A stretch of 64,000 bases of DNA. It comes from an uncultured Rhodospirillaceae bacterium. Its GTDB lineage: Bacteria; Pseudomonadota; Alphaproteobacteria; Micavibrionales; UBA2020. This document shows positions 1-11,789 of this stretch, piece after piece (within the stretch, counting starts at the first letter, position 1; the number at the start of each line of letters is the position of its first letter). The position numbers and the translations under genes were made by a program. The notes under the pieces are model-generated. The model was not told the DNA's origin. It saw only the letters and a list, made by a program, of their open reading frames with translations, and searched no databases. The stretch covers positions 100,652-164,651 of the forward strand of contig CAYZCE010000002.1 of assembly GCA_964476835.1 (NCBI GenBank), given 5' to 3'.

Positions 1-2
1 TC

Positions 3-218
3 CGCAACCACGGCCTCATCGGCGCGATCGAGATGGAAGGCATCCCCGGCAAGCCGACCGCGCGCGCCTTCGACGCCTTCCTCAAGTGCTTCGAGAAGGG
101 CCTCCTGATCCGCACCACCGCCGACACCATCGCGCTCTCGCCGCCGCTGATCGTCTCCAAGTCGCAGATCGACGAGATCTTCGGCACGATCTCCAGCGTC
201 ATCAAATCCCTCGCATAA
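3..218 (+). CDS. Class-III (omega-amino acid / beta-alanine--pyruvate type) aminotransferase, C-terminal fragment; 5' end lies outside the window
   Basis: The frame is open from the window edge ([18 protein letters not shown]...[27 protein letters not shown]...), which is a typical C-terminus for a PLP class-III transaminase. It sits directly upstream of mmsA in a pyrimidine/beta-alanine catabolic context. Confidence 0.7.
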   Translation, partial: RNHGLIGAIEMEGIPGKPTARAFDAFLKCFEKGLLIRTTADTIALSPPLIVSKSQIDEIFGTISSVIKSLA

Positions 219-229
219 GGAAGAAAGCC

Positions 230-1708
<1,479 letters not shown>

Positions 1709-1715
1709 AAATCAT

Positions 1716-1789
1716 TGTCACCCCGAGCGCAAGCGAGGGATCTTGAATGCCGCAACCATTGAAGATCCCTCGCTCCGCTCAGGATGACA
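1716..1789. repeat. About 74-nt imperfect palindromic (REP/MITE-like) hairpin element in the mmsA-preT spacer
   Basis: TGTCACCCCGAGCGCAAGCGAGGGATCTTGAATG...CATTGAAGATCCCTCGCTCCGCTCAGGATGACA. Both the outer and inner arms are reverse complements with few mismatches. The minus-strand readthrough gives the HPERSEGS-type peptide seen in the ORF track. Confidence 0.6.
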
Positions 1790-1804
1790 GCAAAGGATAG
1801 CACG

Positions 1805-3160
1805 ATGACAGACACCGACATTTCCGCCGGCCGCCTGAAGCCCGAGCAATACGCCGAAAACTTCAGCGACATCCTGCCCCCGCTCGACCGCAACAACGCG
1901 GTGATCGAGGCGAGCCGCTGCTATTTCTGTTACGACGCCCCCTGCATCGAGGCATGCCCGACCAGCATCGACATTCCGGTGTTCATCGGCAAGATCGCCA
2001 GCGGCAACGTCAAGGGCGCGGCGGCGACGATCTTGTCGTCCAATATCCTCGGCGGCTCCTGCGCGCGCGTCTGTCCGGTCGAGGAACTCTGCGAGGAAGC
2101 TTGCGTGCGCAACACGCAAAGCGACAAACCGGTCAAGATCGGCCAATTGCAGCGCTTCGCCACCGACCATCTGTTCTCCCGCAACGACCGCCAGATCTTC
2201 ACGCGCAAGCCAGCGACCGGCAAGAAGATCGCCGTCGTCGGCGCAGGGCCTGCGGGTTTGGCTTGCGCGCATCACGCGGCACGCGAAGGTCATGACGTCA
2301 CCATTTTCGAAGCCAAGCCCAAAGCGGGCGGCCTCAATGAATACGGTATCGCGGCCTATAAGGTCGCCAATGATTTCGCACAACGGGAAGTCGAATACAT
2401 CCTCTCCCTCGGCGGCATCAAAATCGAGTACAACAAGGCGCTCGGCAAGGACGTGACGCTGTCGCAACTGCGCAAGGACTATGACGCCGTGTTCCTCGGC
2501 ATCGGCCTGCAGGGCGTCAACGCGCTCGGCATCGAGGCCGAAGACCTCGCGGGCGTCGAGAACGCGGTCGACTACATCGCCGCGCTGCGTCAGGCGAAAG
2601 ACCTTTCGCAACTGCCCGTGCCGCGCCACGCGGTCGTCATCGGCGGCGGCAACACCGCGGTCGACGTCGCCATTCAGGTCAAGCGCCTCGGCGCGGAATA
2701 CGTTACCCTCGTCTACCGCCGCGGCGCGGACGACATGGGTGCGACGGATCATGAGCAGGAACTCGCCGCCGTCAACGGCGTGCTCATCAAGCACTGGGCG
2801 CAGCCGAAGAAGCTGATCGGCCATGCGGGTCATGTGACGGGCATGGAATTCGAATACACGCAGCTCGACCAGAGCGGCAAGCTGATGGGCACCGGCAGCA
2901 CCTTCACGCTGCCAGCCGACATGGTGTTCAAGGCCATCGGCCAGACCTTCGTCGCCGACCCGCTGAAGGAAGGCGGCCGCGAGCTGCTGCAACTGACCAA
3001 GAAAGGCCGCATCGCCGCAAACGAAGACGGCCAGACCTCGCTTGCGAACGTCTGGGCGGGCGGCGATTGCATCGAAGGACAAGACCTGACCGTCGCCGCC
3101 GTCGAGGGCGGCAAGATCGCCGCCGCGGCGATCCACAAAATGCTGAAGGGGAGCAACTGA
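1805..3160 (+). CDS. preT: NAD-dependent dihydropyrimidine dehydrogenase subunit PreT (GltD-like FAD/NAD oxidoreductase with N-terminal Fe-S clusters)
   Basis: CYFCYDAPCIEACP and CARVCPVEELCEEAC Fe-S motifs, then VAVVGAGPAGLACA and VVIGGGNTAVD dinucleotide folds. ATG 1805 has an AAGGA SD 8 nt upstream. The alternative ATG at 1784 lies inside the hairpin element. Confidence 0.85.
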   Translation: MTDTDISAGRLKPEQYAENFSDILPPLDRNNAVIEASRCYFCYDAPCIEACPTSIDIPVFIGKIASGNVKGAAATILSSNILGGSCARVCPVEELCEEACVRNTQSDKPVKIGQLQRFATDHLFSRNDRQIFTRKPATGKKIAVVGAGPAGLACAHHAAREGHDVTIFEAKPKAGGLNEYGIAAYKVANDFAQREVEYILSLGGIKIEYNKALGKDVTLSQLRKDYDAVFLGIGLQGVNALGIEAEDLAGVENAVDYIAALRQAKDLSQLPVPRHAVVIGGGNTAVDVAIQVKRLGAEYVTLVYRRGADDMGATDHEQELAAVNGVLIKHWAQPKKLIGHAGHVTGMEFEYTQLDQSGKLMGTGSTFTLPADMVFKAIGQTFVADPLKEGGRELLQLTKKGRIAANEDGQTSLANVWAGGDCIEGQDLTVAAVEGGKIAAAAIHKMLKGSN

Positions 3161-3161
3161 T

Positions 3162-4445
3162 ATGGCCGATTTAACCTGCAAGATCGCGGGCGTCACCTCG
3201 CCCAACCCGTTCTGGCTGGCCTCCGCGCCACCGACGGACAAGGAATACAACGTCGTGCGCGCCTATGAAGCGGGCTGGGGCGGCGTGGTGTGGAAGACGC
3301 TGGGCGAGGACGGCCCGCCGGTCGTCAACGTCTCGTCGCGCTACGGCTCGATCAACTACGGCGGCAACCGCATGGCGGGGCTGAACAACATCGAGCTGAT
3401 CACCGACCGCTCGCTCGACATCAACCTGACCGAGATCGCGCGCGTCAAGAAGAACTGGCCCGACCGCGCCCTCGTCGTTTCGCTGATGGTGCCGTGCGAA
3501 GAGCAAAGCTGGCAGAAAATCCTCAAGCGCGTGGAGACCACCGGCTGCGACGCGGTCGAACTCAACTTCGGCTGCCCGCACGGCATGTCGGAGCGCGGCA
3601 TGGGCTCCGCCGTCGGCCAAGTGCCGGAATATATCCAGCAAGTGACGGAATGGTGCAAGAAATACACCAAGATGCCCGTCTTCGTGAAGCTGACGCCCAA
3701 CATCACCAACATCCTGCACCCCGCGCGCGCGGCGGTGAACGGCGGCGCGGATGCGGTGTCGCTCATCAACACCATCAACTCGATCGTCGGCGTTGACCTC
3801 GACCAGATGGCGCCCTACCCCGTCGTGGACGGCGTCGGCGCGCACGGGGGCTATTGCGGCCCCGCGGTCAAGCCCATCGCGCTTTGCATGGTTGGCGAAA
3901 TCGCGCGCGACCCCGCGTGCAAGAGCATCCCCATCTCGGGCATCGGCGGCGTCACCACCTGGCGCGACGCGGCGGAGTTCATCTCGCTCGGCTCCGGCTC
4001 GGTGCAGGTCTGCACGGCGGCGATGCACCACGGCTTCAAGATCATCGAAGACTTGACCGACGGCCTTTCCAACTGGATGGACGAAAAGGGCTACAAGACG
4101 CTCGAGGACTTCCGCGGCCGTGCGGTGCCGAACTACAAGAACTGGCAAGATCTCAACATGAACTACGAGATCAAGGCGAAGATCGACCAAGACAAGTGCA
4201 TTAGCTGCGGCCTCTGCCACATCGTCTGCGAAGACACCTCGCACCAAGCCATCACCGCCGAGCGCGACGCCGACGGCAAGCGCGTCTACACCGTCGTCGA
4301 TCAGGACTGCGTCGGCTGCAACCTCTGCATGCTCGTCTGCCCCGTCGACGAGTGCATCACCATGAAGCGCACCGACAAGGACATGCCCTACCTGACCTGG
4401 CCGAAAGACCCGCGCAACGGGGCGAACATCAAGAAGCAGGCCTGA
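3162..4445 (+). CDS. preA: NAD-dependent dihydropyrimidine dehydrogenase subunit PreA (DHODH-like TIM barrel plus C-terminal 2x[4Fe-4S] ferredoxin)
   Basis: ELNFGCPHGM and GGVTTWRDAAEF dihydroorotate-dehydrogenase-like motifs. C-terminal CISCGLCHIVC and CVGCNLCMLVCP. The start is 2 nt after the preT stop. Confidence 0.9.
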   Translation: MADLTCKIAGVTSPNPFWLASAPPTDKEYNVVRAYEAGWGGVVWKTLGEDGPPVVNVSSRYGSINYGGNRMAGLNNIELITDRSLDINLTEIARVKKNWPDRALVVSLMVPCEEQSWQKILKRVETTGCDAVELNFGCPHGMSERGMGSAVGQVPEYIQQVTEWCKKYTKMPVFVKLTPNITNILHPARAAVNGGADAVSLINTINSIVGVDLDQMAPYPVVDGVGAHGGYCGPAVKPIALCMVGEIARDPACKSIPISGIGGVTTWRDAAEFISLGSGSVQVCTAAMHHGFKIIEDLTDGLSNWMDEKGYKTLEDFRGRAVPNYKNWQDLNMNYEIKAKIDQDKCISCGLCHIVCEDTSHQAITAERDADGKRVYTVVDQDCVGCNLCMLVCPVDECITMKRTDKDMPYLTWPKDPRNGANIKKQA

Positions 4446-5011
4446 TGGAAAAGCACTACGTCCCGCAGACCGGCGAGTCGATCGAATATGCGATCCGGCA
4501 GGCGAAGAAGCTGGCGGAGGGCGATGAGGACGTCCGCCTGACGTTCAACGACATCGACCTCAACATCCGCAAAGATAGCGACGAAGACGCCGTGGTCGTC
4601 GAATTCCTCGACAAGTGCCGCGAGCAGGGCGAAAAACTTGCCCAACACCATGCCATGAAGATCTCGGCCCTGATGCCGGGCCTGCCGGCCGTGATCGACG
4701 GCGGCCTGAATACGCTGGTGCCGTGGATCAAGACCTATGCGAGAAACGCCGGTGCGCCTTTCGTCGCGCGCGAAGATATCATCGACAAGCTCGGCCGCGC
4801 CGGTTACCAGCCGGGCACACCGACCTTCACCGACTGGCAGACCGACGAGAAGGAGAAACTGGGCGAACTCATCGTGCGCCGGTTCATGCTGGACCTCACC
4901 GAAGGCGAGGAAATCCATCCCATGCTGGAAAACATTGCCGACGACTATATCCGCATGCCCGACCCGCCACAGCCGGGGTCGAATAACCCGCCGCCCAAAT
5001 TCAAGCCCTGA
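4445..5011 (+). CDS. Hypothetical protein (188 aa), translationally coupled to preA, with C-terminal tail ...PPQPGSNNPPPKFKP
   Basis: The ATG overlaps the preA stop (TGATG). Codon usage looks coding throughout, it is the last gene before a strong terminator, and I recognise no family. Confidence 0.6.
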   Translation: MEKHYVPQTGESIEYAIRQAKKLAEGDEDVRLTFNDIDLNIRKDSDEDAVVVEFLDKCREQGEKLAQHHAMKISALMPGLPAVIDGGLNTLVPWIKTYARNAGAPFVAREDIIDKLGRAGYQPGTPTFTDWQTDEKEKLGELIVRRFMLDLTEGEEIHPMLENIADDYIRMPDPPQPGSNNPPPKFKP

Positions 5012-5042
5012 AAAAAGCCCCCGATGATCGGGGGCTTTTTTA

Positions 5043-5043
<1 letters not shown>
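5010..5043. terminator. Bidirectional intrinsic terminator between the convergent genes 4445-5011 and dihydropyrimidinase
   Basis: AAAAAAGCCCCCG-ATGAT-CGGGGGCTTTTTTTA: an 8-bp GC stem flanked by an A-run and a T-run. Confidence 0.85.
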
Positions 5044-6554
<1,511 letters not shown>

Positions 6555-6602
6555 CTATCCCCGGTCAAGGAGCTACGGCTCTCTCTCCAAGTAAGATAAA
6601 CC

Positions 6603-6989
6603 ATGATCGCAAGAGACAAAAAAGCGGCGCTTGAATTTTTCAGGACGCTCTTGTTCTGCCTTGCGCTGATGGCGCTGCTGCTGCGCAGCTTCATCCCCGC
6701 CGGTTTCATGCCGGAAGCGGGCAAGGCCGCGATGGTCATCTGTACCGCCAGCGGCCCTGCGACCATCGAGATTCCCGCCGGGCAAGATCCCGCCCAGCCG
6801 CGCCACGCGGGCGTCGCGCATGCGCCTTGCGTCTTCGCGCCCGGTTTTATCACAGGCACGCTGGCTGCCGCCACAGCCCTCATCGCACCTATCATCACGC
6901 CTGAACCGCCGACGATTGCGGATGAAGCTTTCGTCGTCCACCTCCTCTCCAAGCCTTATTCCTCGCAAGCGCCGCCGCGCCTTTCCTGA
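6603..6989 (+). CDS. DUF2946-like small membrane/periplasmic protein (128 aa)
   Basis: N-terminal TM helix, then conserved-looking Cys/His sites (MVICTASG, HAGVAHAPCVF). It sits upstream of an outer-membrane protein and a CopC gene, the usual context for DUF2946. The family call rests on resemblance only. Confidence 0.5.
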   Translation: MIARDKKAALEFFRTLLFCLALMALLLRSFIPAGFMPEAGKAAMVICTASGPATIEIPAGQDPAQPRHAGVAHAPCVFAPGFITGTLAAATALIAPIITPEPPTIADEAFVVHLLSKPYSSQAPPRLS

Positions 6990-7060
6990 TACCGACGCAA
7001 CCTTTGCCGCACGCGCAGATGCGCGGGCGGTTTCATCACCGTATCAAGAAAGACACCAAC

Positions 7061-7936
7061 ATGAAAAAACTGATCCTCACGACCGCGCTCGCCGCAGTCC
7101 TTTTCTCCCCCTCCCTCGCTGAAGCGCATGCCCGCGCGGGTGCGCGCGCCTTCCCGGCTACGCTGGCGGTCGACGACCCCGGCGTGTCGGACGAGCTCAA
7201 CCTGCCGCAGGTGAACTCGATGAAGGAAGACGGCGGCGGGCGCGAGACCGAATACGAATTCGGCGCGTCGAAACGTCTCACCGACACCTTCGGACTCGAA
7301 GCCGAAGGCGCGTGGGTCGACAGCGACGAGGCTGATGGCTTCGACAACTTCGGCGTGGGCGCGAAATACGTCTTCGCTACCGATGCCGCGCATGAGTTCA
7401 TCGCCTCCGCCGGCCTCGATTGGGATATCGGCGGCTCGGGCGCGTCGCGCATCGGCGAGAAGAGCAGCACGGTAACCCCGGCGTTCTACTTCGGCAAAGG
7501 CATGGGCGACCTGCCCAGCAGCATGAAGATGCTGAAACCCTTCGCCGTCACCGGCCAGCTCGGCGTGGGCATTCCCACCGACCGCCACGACGAAGACGGC
7601 GAGACGATCCCCAACACGCTCGAGTGGGGCGGCACGCTGCAATACAGCGTCCCCTACCTGCAGTCGCAAGTGAAGGACTTCGGCATTTCCGGCGTGCTGG
7701 CGACGGCGGTGCCGGTCGTCGAGTTCGCGATGGAAACGCCGCTCAATGGTCCCGAGCAGAAGACGACGGGCACCATCAACCCCGGCGTGATCTTCATGGG
7801 GCAAGGCGTGCAGTTCGGGCTTGAAGCGCAAATCCCCGCGACCAGTGCCTCGGGCGACGGCGTGGGCGTGCGCGCGCAACTGCACTTCTACCTCGACGAC
7901 CTGATGCCGACGACGTGGGGGAAGCCGGTATGGTAA
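7061..7936 (+). CDS. Putative outer-membrane beta-barrel protein (291 aa) with a Sec signal peptide
   Basis: MKKLILTTALAAVLFSPSLAEAHA signal. Alternating amphipathic strands are rich in G/D/E/F/Y. The family is not recognised beyond a generic porin/transporter-like barrel. Confidence 0.5.
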   Translation: MKKLILTTALAAVLFSPSLAEAHARAGARAFPATLAVDDPGVSDELNLPQVNSMKEDGGGRETEYEFGASKRLTDTFGLEAEGAWVDSDEADGFDNFGVGAKYVFATDAAHEFIASAGLDWDIGGSGASRIGEKSSTVTPAFYFGKGMGDLPSSMKMLKPFAVTGQLGVGIPTDRHDEDGETIPNTLEWGGTLQYSVPYLQSQVKDFGISGVLATAVPVVEFAMETPLNGPEQKTTGTINPGVIFMGQGVQFGLEAQIPATSASGDGVGVRAQLHFYLDDLMPTTWGKPVW

Positions 7937-8292
7937 AATACATCCTCGCGCTGGCGCTTTTCTTTCTCGTCGCGTCTCCCGCCTGGACCTGCCCCGTGCT
8001 GGAACGCGCCGAGCCGCGCGTGGGTGATGAAGTGAAGGTGGCGGCGAAAGCCGTCACCCTCCGCTTCTCGGGCCCCGTGATCGTGGCGCAAAGCGAACTC
8101 GCCGTCAAAGACGCGCACGGCAAGACCGTCAGCACCGGCAAGCCCTACGGCAGCGCTGCGAAAGACAATGCCGACATCGCCATCCACATCCCCACGCTTG
8201 CACCCGGCGACTACACCGTCGACTACAACGTCTTCTGCGACTGCGGATCGTACACGCCGGGGAGCTACGGATTCACAGTAACGTCGAAATAA
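7930..8292 (+). CDS. CopC-domain periplasmic copper-binding protein (120 aa)
   Basis: Signal peptide followed by ...ERAEPRVGDEV...VTLRFSGPV...APGDYTVDYNV, which is the CopC/YobA pattern. The start overlaps the stop of the upstream outer-membrane protein gene. Confidence 0.7.
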   Translation: MVKYILALALFFLVASPAWTCPVLERAEPRVGDEVKVAAKAVTLRFSGPVIVAQSELAVKDAHGKTVSTGKPYGSAAKDNADIAIHIPTLAPGDYTVDYNVFCDCGSYTPGSYGFTVTSK

Positions 8293-8300
8293 AACCCTTT

Positions 8301-8330
8301 ATTAATCAACAAATTAATAACGATATTAAT
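8301..8330. promoter_or_regulatory. Three ATTAAT hexamers phased every 12 bp in an AT-rich spacer upstream of mnmA
   Basis: ATTAAT occurs at 8301, 8313 and 8325 within a GC-rich genome. Function is unknown (UP-element or operator candidate). Confidence 0.35.
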
Positions 8331-8383
8331 GAATATATGAAAAACTGTTGCGCCAGCGGCACCGCCGGCGCTATTGTACCCGC

Positions 8384-9511
8384 ATGAACACGCTCGGCTT
8401 TGATAAAGACCCCAAGGATACTCGCGTCGTCGTCGCCATGTCGGGCGGGGTCGACAGTTCGGTCGTGGCCGCGTTGCTGCATGAGCAGGGCTATCAGGTC
8501 ATCGGCATCACGCTGCAGCTTTACGACCACGGCGAAGCCTTGAAGAAAAAGGGCGCATGCTGTGCAGGCGCGGACATCCACGACGCCAAGCGCGTGGCCG
8601 AGAAGATGGGATTCGAGCATTACGTGCTCAACTATCAAAATAAATTTCAGGACGGCGTGATCGAGGATTTCGTCGAGAGCTACCTGCGCGGCGAGACGCC
8701 GATCCCCTGCGTGCGCTGCAACCAGAACGTCAAGTTCAAGGACCTGCTGGAAACCGCGCGCGACCTCGGCGCGGACTGCATGGCGACCGGCCACTACATC
8801 CAGCGCGTCGTCAACGCAAGCGGCGGCGCAGAACTCCACCGCGCGATCGACCCGGGCAAGGACCAAAGCTATTTCCTCTTCACCACCACGCAGGAGCAGC
8901 TGGATTTCCTGCGCTTCCCGCTCGGCGGATGGACGAAGGATATAACGCGCGCGCATGCCGAGCGCCTCGGCCTCGTCGTCGCCGACAAGCCCGACAGCAT
9001 GGACATCTGCTTCGTGCCCGGCGGATCGTATGCGAAGGTCGTCGAACGCTTCCGCCCCGGCGCGCTGGCGGCAGGCGACATCGTGCATGTCGACGGCCGC
9101 GTGCTGGGCGCGCATTCCGGCATCGTCAACTACACCATCGGCCAGCGCCGCGGCATCGGCGTCGGCGGCGGGCATACCGAGAACAACGCGCCGCTCTTCG
9201 TCGTTGGCCTAAACCCCGCGCGCAATCAGGTCATCGTCGGCCCTTACGAGGCGCTGGCGCGCGACGTGCTGAAGCTCAAGGATGGCAACTGGCTCGCGGA
9301 AATTCCCGCCGAGGGGATCGCCGTCGCGGTCAAGATCCGCTCGTCGCAGGCACCGCTGCCGGCGCGCCTTTACAACGACCGCGTCGTGCTGAACGAACCC
9401 GTTTTCGGCGTCGCCAGCGGGCAGGCCTGTGTCGCTTATGTCGGCGACCGCGTGCTCGGCGGCGGCTGGATCGTCAGCGCCGAACGCCAGGAACAGGCGC
9501 AAGCCGCTTAA
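8384..9511 (+). CDS. mnmA: tRNA 2-thiouridine(34) synthase MnmA (375 aa)
   Basis: PP-loop [13 protein letters not shown], and catalytic Cys motifs ([15 protein letters not shown]). ATG 8384 is chosen over the Arg-rich upstream extension. Confidence 0.9.
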   Translation: MNTLGFDKDPKDTRVVVAMSGGVDSSVVAALLHEQGYQVIGITLQLYDHGEALKKKGACCAGADIHDAKRVAEKMGFEHYVLNYQNKFQDGVIEDFVESYLRGETPIPCVRCNQNVKFKDLLETARDLGADCMATGHYIQRVVNASGGAELHRAIDPGKDQSYFLFTTTQEQLDFLRFPLGGWTKDITRAHAERLGLVVADKPDSMDICFVPGGSYAKVVERFRPGALAAGDIVHVDGRVLGAHSGIVNYTIGQRRGIGVGGGHTENNAPLFVVGLNPARNQVIVGPYEALARDVLKLKDGNWLAEIPAEGIAVAVKIRSSQAPLPARLYNDRVVLNEPVFGVASGQACVAYVGDRVLGGGWIVSAERQEQAQAA

Positions 9512-9517
9512 TCTCCC

Positions 9518-11527
9518 TTACTTCCAGAAACGCATGGCCGAGAGCGTATCGGTCTTGTCGTCCGTCCACGCCACGCCTGCATCGCCAGCGGCGGCGCTCC
9601 ATGTTGCAGGAGGCAATGCCGCAAGGGTGGCTTCATCGCGCGCCATCGCCACCCACAGCGCCGCGCCGGGGAACGGGAAGTCGCCATGCACAAGCCGCAC
9701 GCTCAGCCCCATCTCGCGCGCCGCGGCGACCAGCGGGCGGTCGAGGTCGAAATAGCGGTTGACGAGGTGGAACAGGATAATGCCGCGCGGCGTCAGGCGG
9801 TCGAGATATGTCGCGATCGCCTCGCGCGTCAGCAAATGCGTCGGCACCATGCCGGACAGGAAGGCATCCATGATGATGAGGTCGAAGCTGCCCGCATCGG
9901 GCTTCTGCATCTCCAGCCGCGCGTCGCCTTCGATGATGCGCGGCGTGCCGCAGGCGGTGAAATAGTCGAAGTCGCGCCGCGCGGATTCCGACACGGTCGG
10001 GTTAATCTCGAAGAACGTCACGTCGCGTCCCGGCGCGGCCAGGCAATCGAGAATTCCCGCGCCCAGCCCCACGACTGCGATATGCTGCGGCGCAGCTGCG
10101 GCGAGCGCATCGTTGACCACGCCGCGCGGGTCGTAATCCTTCATCGCCAGCGCGGCGCCGCCGGGCACGCGGCGCTCGAAGCCGTAGGTGCTGGCGCCGC
10201 TCTGCATCAGGCGGACGACGCCGCGCGGGCCGGTGCGGTCATAGACCTTGAGCGCACCGTAGAAATTGCGCGCATAGGCCGTATCGTGGATTTTTGAAAG
10301 ATAAGCGTCGCCGCCCAGCGCGCCCGCAAGCACCGCTACTACAAGCACACGCGCCCAGACGCGCCCCGGCACGATGAAACACGCGGCCGCCAGCAGCAGC
10401 GGGTATTCAAGGGGATGATCAAACAGCAGCGGCGCGGCGAAAGCGACGAAAGCCCCGCCGAGCGCGCCGCCCAGCGCGATCATCAAGTAAAACTCGGTCA
10501 GCCGCGATGCATCTTCCGCCGGACGCAGGGCCGCAAGCCTTGTGTGGCACGCCAGCGCCGCCGTTCCGAAGGCCAGCAAGTGCAGCGCGCACAGCCCCGC
10601 GATCACGCCGACCGGCGCCGTGTAGCTGCTGAGGAAACTGCTGTTCGGCAGCACGCCCGCATGCGGCTCCAGCACTGCCAGCACCAGCGCGGCGGCGGCG
10701 AGGAACGGCTGCAGGGCCGCGGCCCACCCATGACGCCCGTCACGCGCGAAAGCGGCGACAAACGTCAGCAGGTAAAGGCCGAGCGGCAAGACCCAAAGCA
10801 GCGGCACCGCCGCGATATCCGTCGTCATGTGCGCCGTGACCGCCAGCACCAGCGCGGAAGGAAAGAACGCGAGCGCGACCCATTCCAGCCGCCGCTTCAT
10901 GCCGATGCGCAGGGACGGTTTTGCAATCTCAACACTGCGCCCCGCCGCCGCAAGACAAAGCACAGCCAGCACGATCAGCGCCGCATAACCGGCAGTCCAT
11001 GCGGCAGCCTGAACCTTCAACCCGACATGTCCGTCGAAGAGAAAGACATAGGCAAACAGCCCGACGAAGCTGCCAAGATTGCTCGCCGCATAAAGAAAGT
11101 ACGGATCGCGCGCTTGCGCGGCGGCGAAAAGACGCTGCAAGGTCGAGGCGGAAGCCGAGAGCGCGACGAACGGCGCACCCGCCGCCACGCACAGCAACGC
11201 AAAGACCGCCTCCGGCGTCAGCGCCGCCGGTGCAGCAAGCGCGACCGGCAAGGCCGTCGCGCCAGAAACCAGCACCGCGATATAAGCTCCCGCCTGCACA
11301 CGCGGCGAAAACCGCCCGAGCAGGTACGCGAGAAAATACCCGGCCAGCAGCGCCGCCTGGAAGAACGCGAGCGCCACCACCCAGCCCGCCGGCGTGCCGC
11401 CAACCAGCGGCAGCAGCATGCGCCCGATCATCGGCTGCAGGCAAAACATCAACGCCGCGGAGAGGAACAGGGCGCCGCCGAACAAGACCGGCATCCCCAT
11501 CCCCGATTTTAAACGATTCATCCCCAT
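9518..11527 (-). CDS. Polytopic membrane protein fused to a C-terminal spermidine-synthase-like (class I methyltransferase fold) domain
   Basis: About 420 aa of repeated hydrophobic helices, then VVGLGAGILD...FFEINP...DLIIMDAF...PTHLLTREA, which is a SpeE-like pattern. The start is uncertain, with candidate ATGs at 11527, 11521 and 11497. Confidence 0.7.
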   Translation of the reverse strand: MGMNRLKSGMGMPVLFGGALFLSAALMFCLQPMIGRMLLPLVGGTPAGWVVALAFFQAALLAGYFLAYLLGRFSPRVQAGAYIAVLVSGATALPVALAAPAALTPEAVFALLCVAAGAPFVALSASASTLQRLFAAAQARDPYFLYAASNLGSFVGLFAYVFLFDGHVGLKVQAAAWTAGYAALIVLAVLCLAAAGRSVEIAKPSLRIGMKRRLEWVALAFFPSALVLAVTAHMTTDIAAVPLLWVLPLGLYLLTFVAAFARDGRHGWAAALQPFLAAAALVLAVLEPHAGVLPNSSFLSSYTAPVGVIAGLCALHLLAFGTAALACHTRLAALRPAEDASRLTEFYLMIALGGALGGAFVAFAAPLLFDHPLEYPLLLAAACFIVPGRVWARVLVVAVLAGALGGDAYLSKIHDTAYARNFYGALKVYDRTGPRGVVRLMQSGASTYGFERRVPGGAALAMKDYDPRGVVNDALAAAAPQHIAVVGLGAGILDCLAAPGRDVTFFEINPTVSESARRDFDYFTACGTPRIIEGDARLEMQKPDAGSFDLIIMDAFLSGMVPTHLLTREAIATYLDRLTPRGIILFHLVNRYFDLDRPLVAAAREMGLSVRLVHGDFPFPGAALWVAMARDEATLAALPPATWSAAAGDAGVAWTDDKTDTLSAMRFWK

Positions 11528-11652
11528 GCGCCGAGAATAACAGAAAATCCTGCCGATTCCTGCCCTTACCCGCCCCACCCCCCGCTTTTTTGAAAGAAGC
11601 TTGACAGAAAGCCCCCGGCAGGGCATAAATCCGTCTCTTAAAAAGACCGTGT

Positions 11653-11727
11653 GGCGGGGTAGCTCAGCGGTAGAGCAGAGGAATCATAATCCTTTGGTCG
11701 TAGGTTCAAATCCTATCCTCGCTACCA
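11653..11727 (+). tRNA. tRNA with CAU anticodon (Met; an Ile2-lysidine identity cannot be excluded)
   Basis: Manual cloverleaf: acceptor GGCGGGG/CCTCGCT (two G-U pairs), D arm GCTC-AGCGGTA-GAGC, anticodon loop ATCATAA, T arm GTAGG-TTCAAAT-CCTAT, encoded CCA. Confidence 0.85.
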
Positions 11728-11789
11728 CCTTTCCCTATCAAGAATAAGCGCGGACGGCTTCGACTTTCTGTCGAGGTCTCTGTTCAAGC

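Noticed and set aside
86-229. The ORF track gives upstream extensions of real genes: mmsA from 86, the ATP-grasp gene from 16417, ank4 from 27844, petC from 23692 and cheW from 52910.
   Set aside because: The extensions overlap the preceding genes out of frame, are Arg/Pro/His-rich, and the internal ATGs have SDs or ATGA/TGATG coupling. Family alignments begin at the internal Met.
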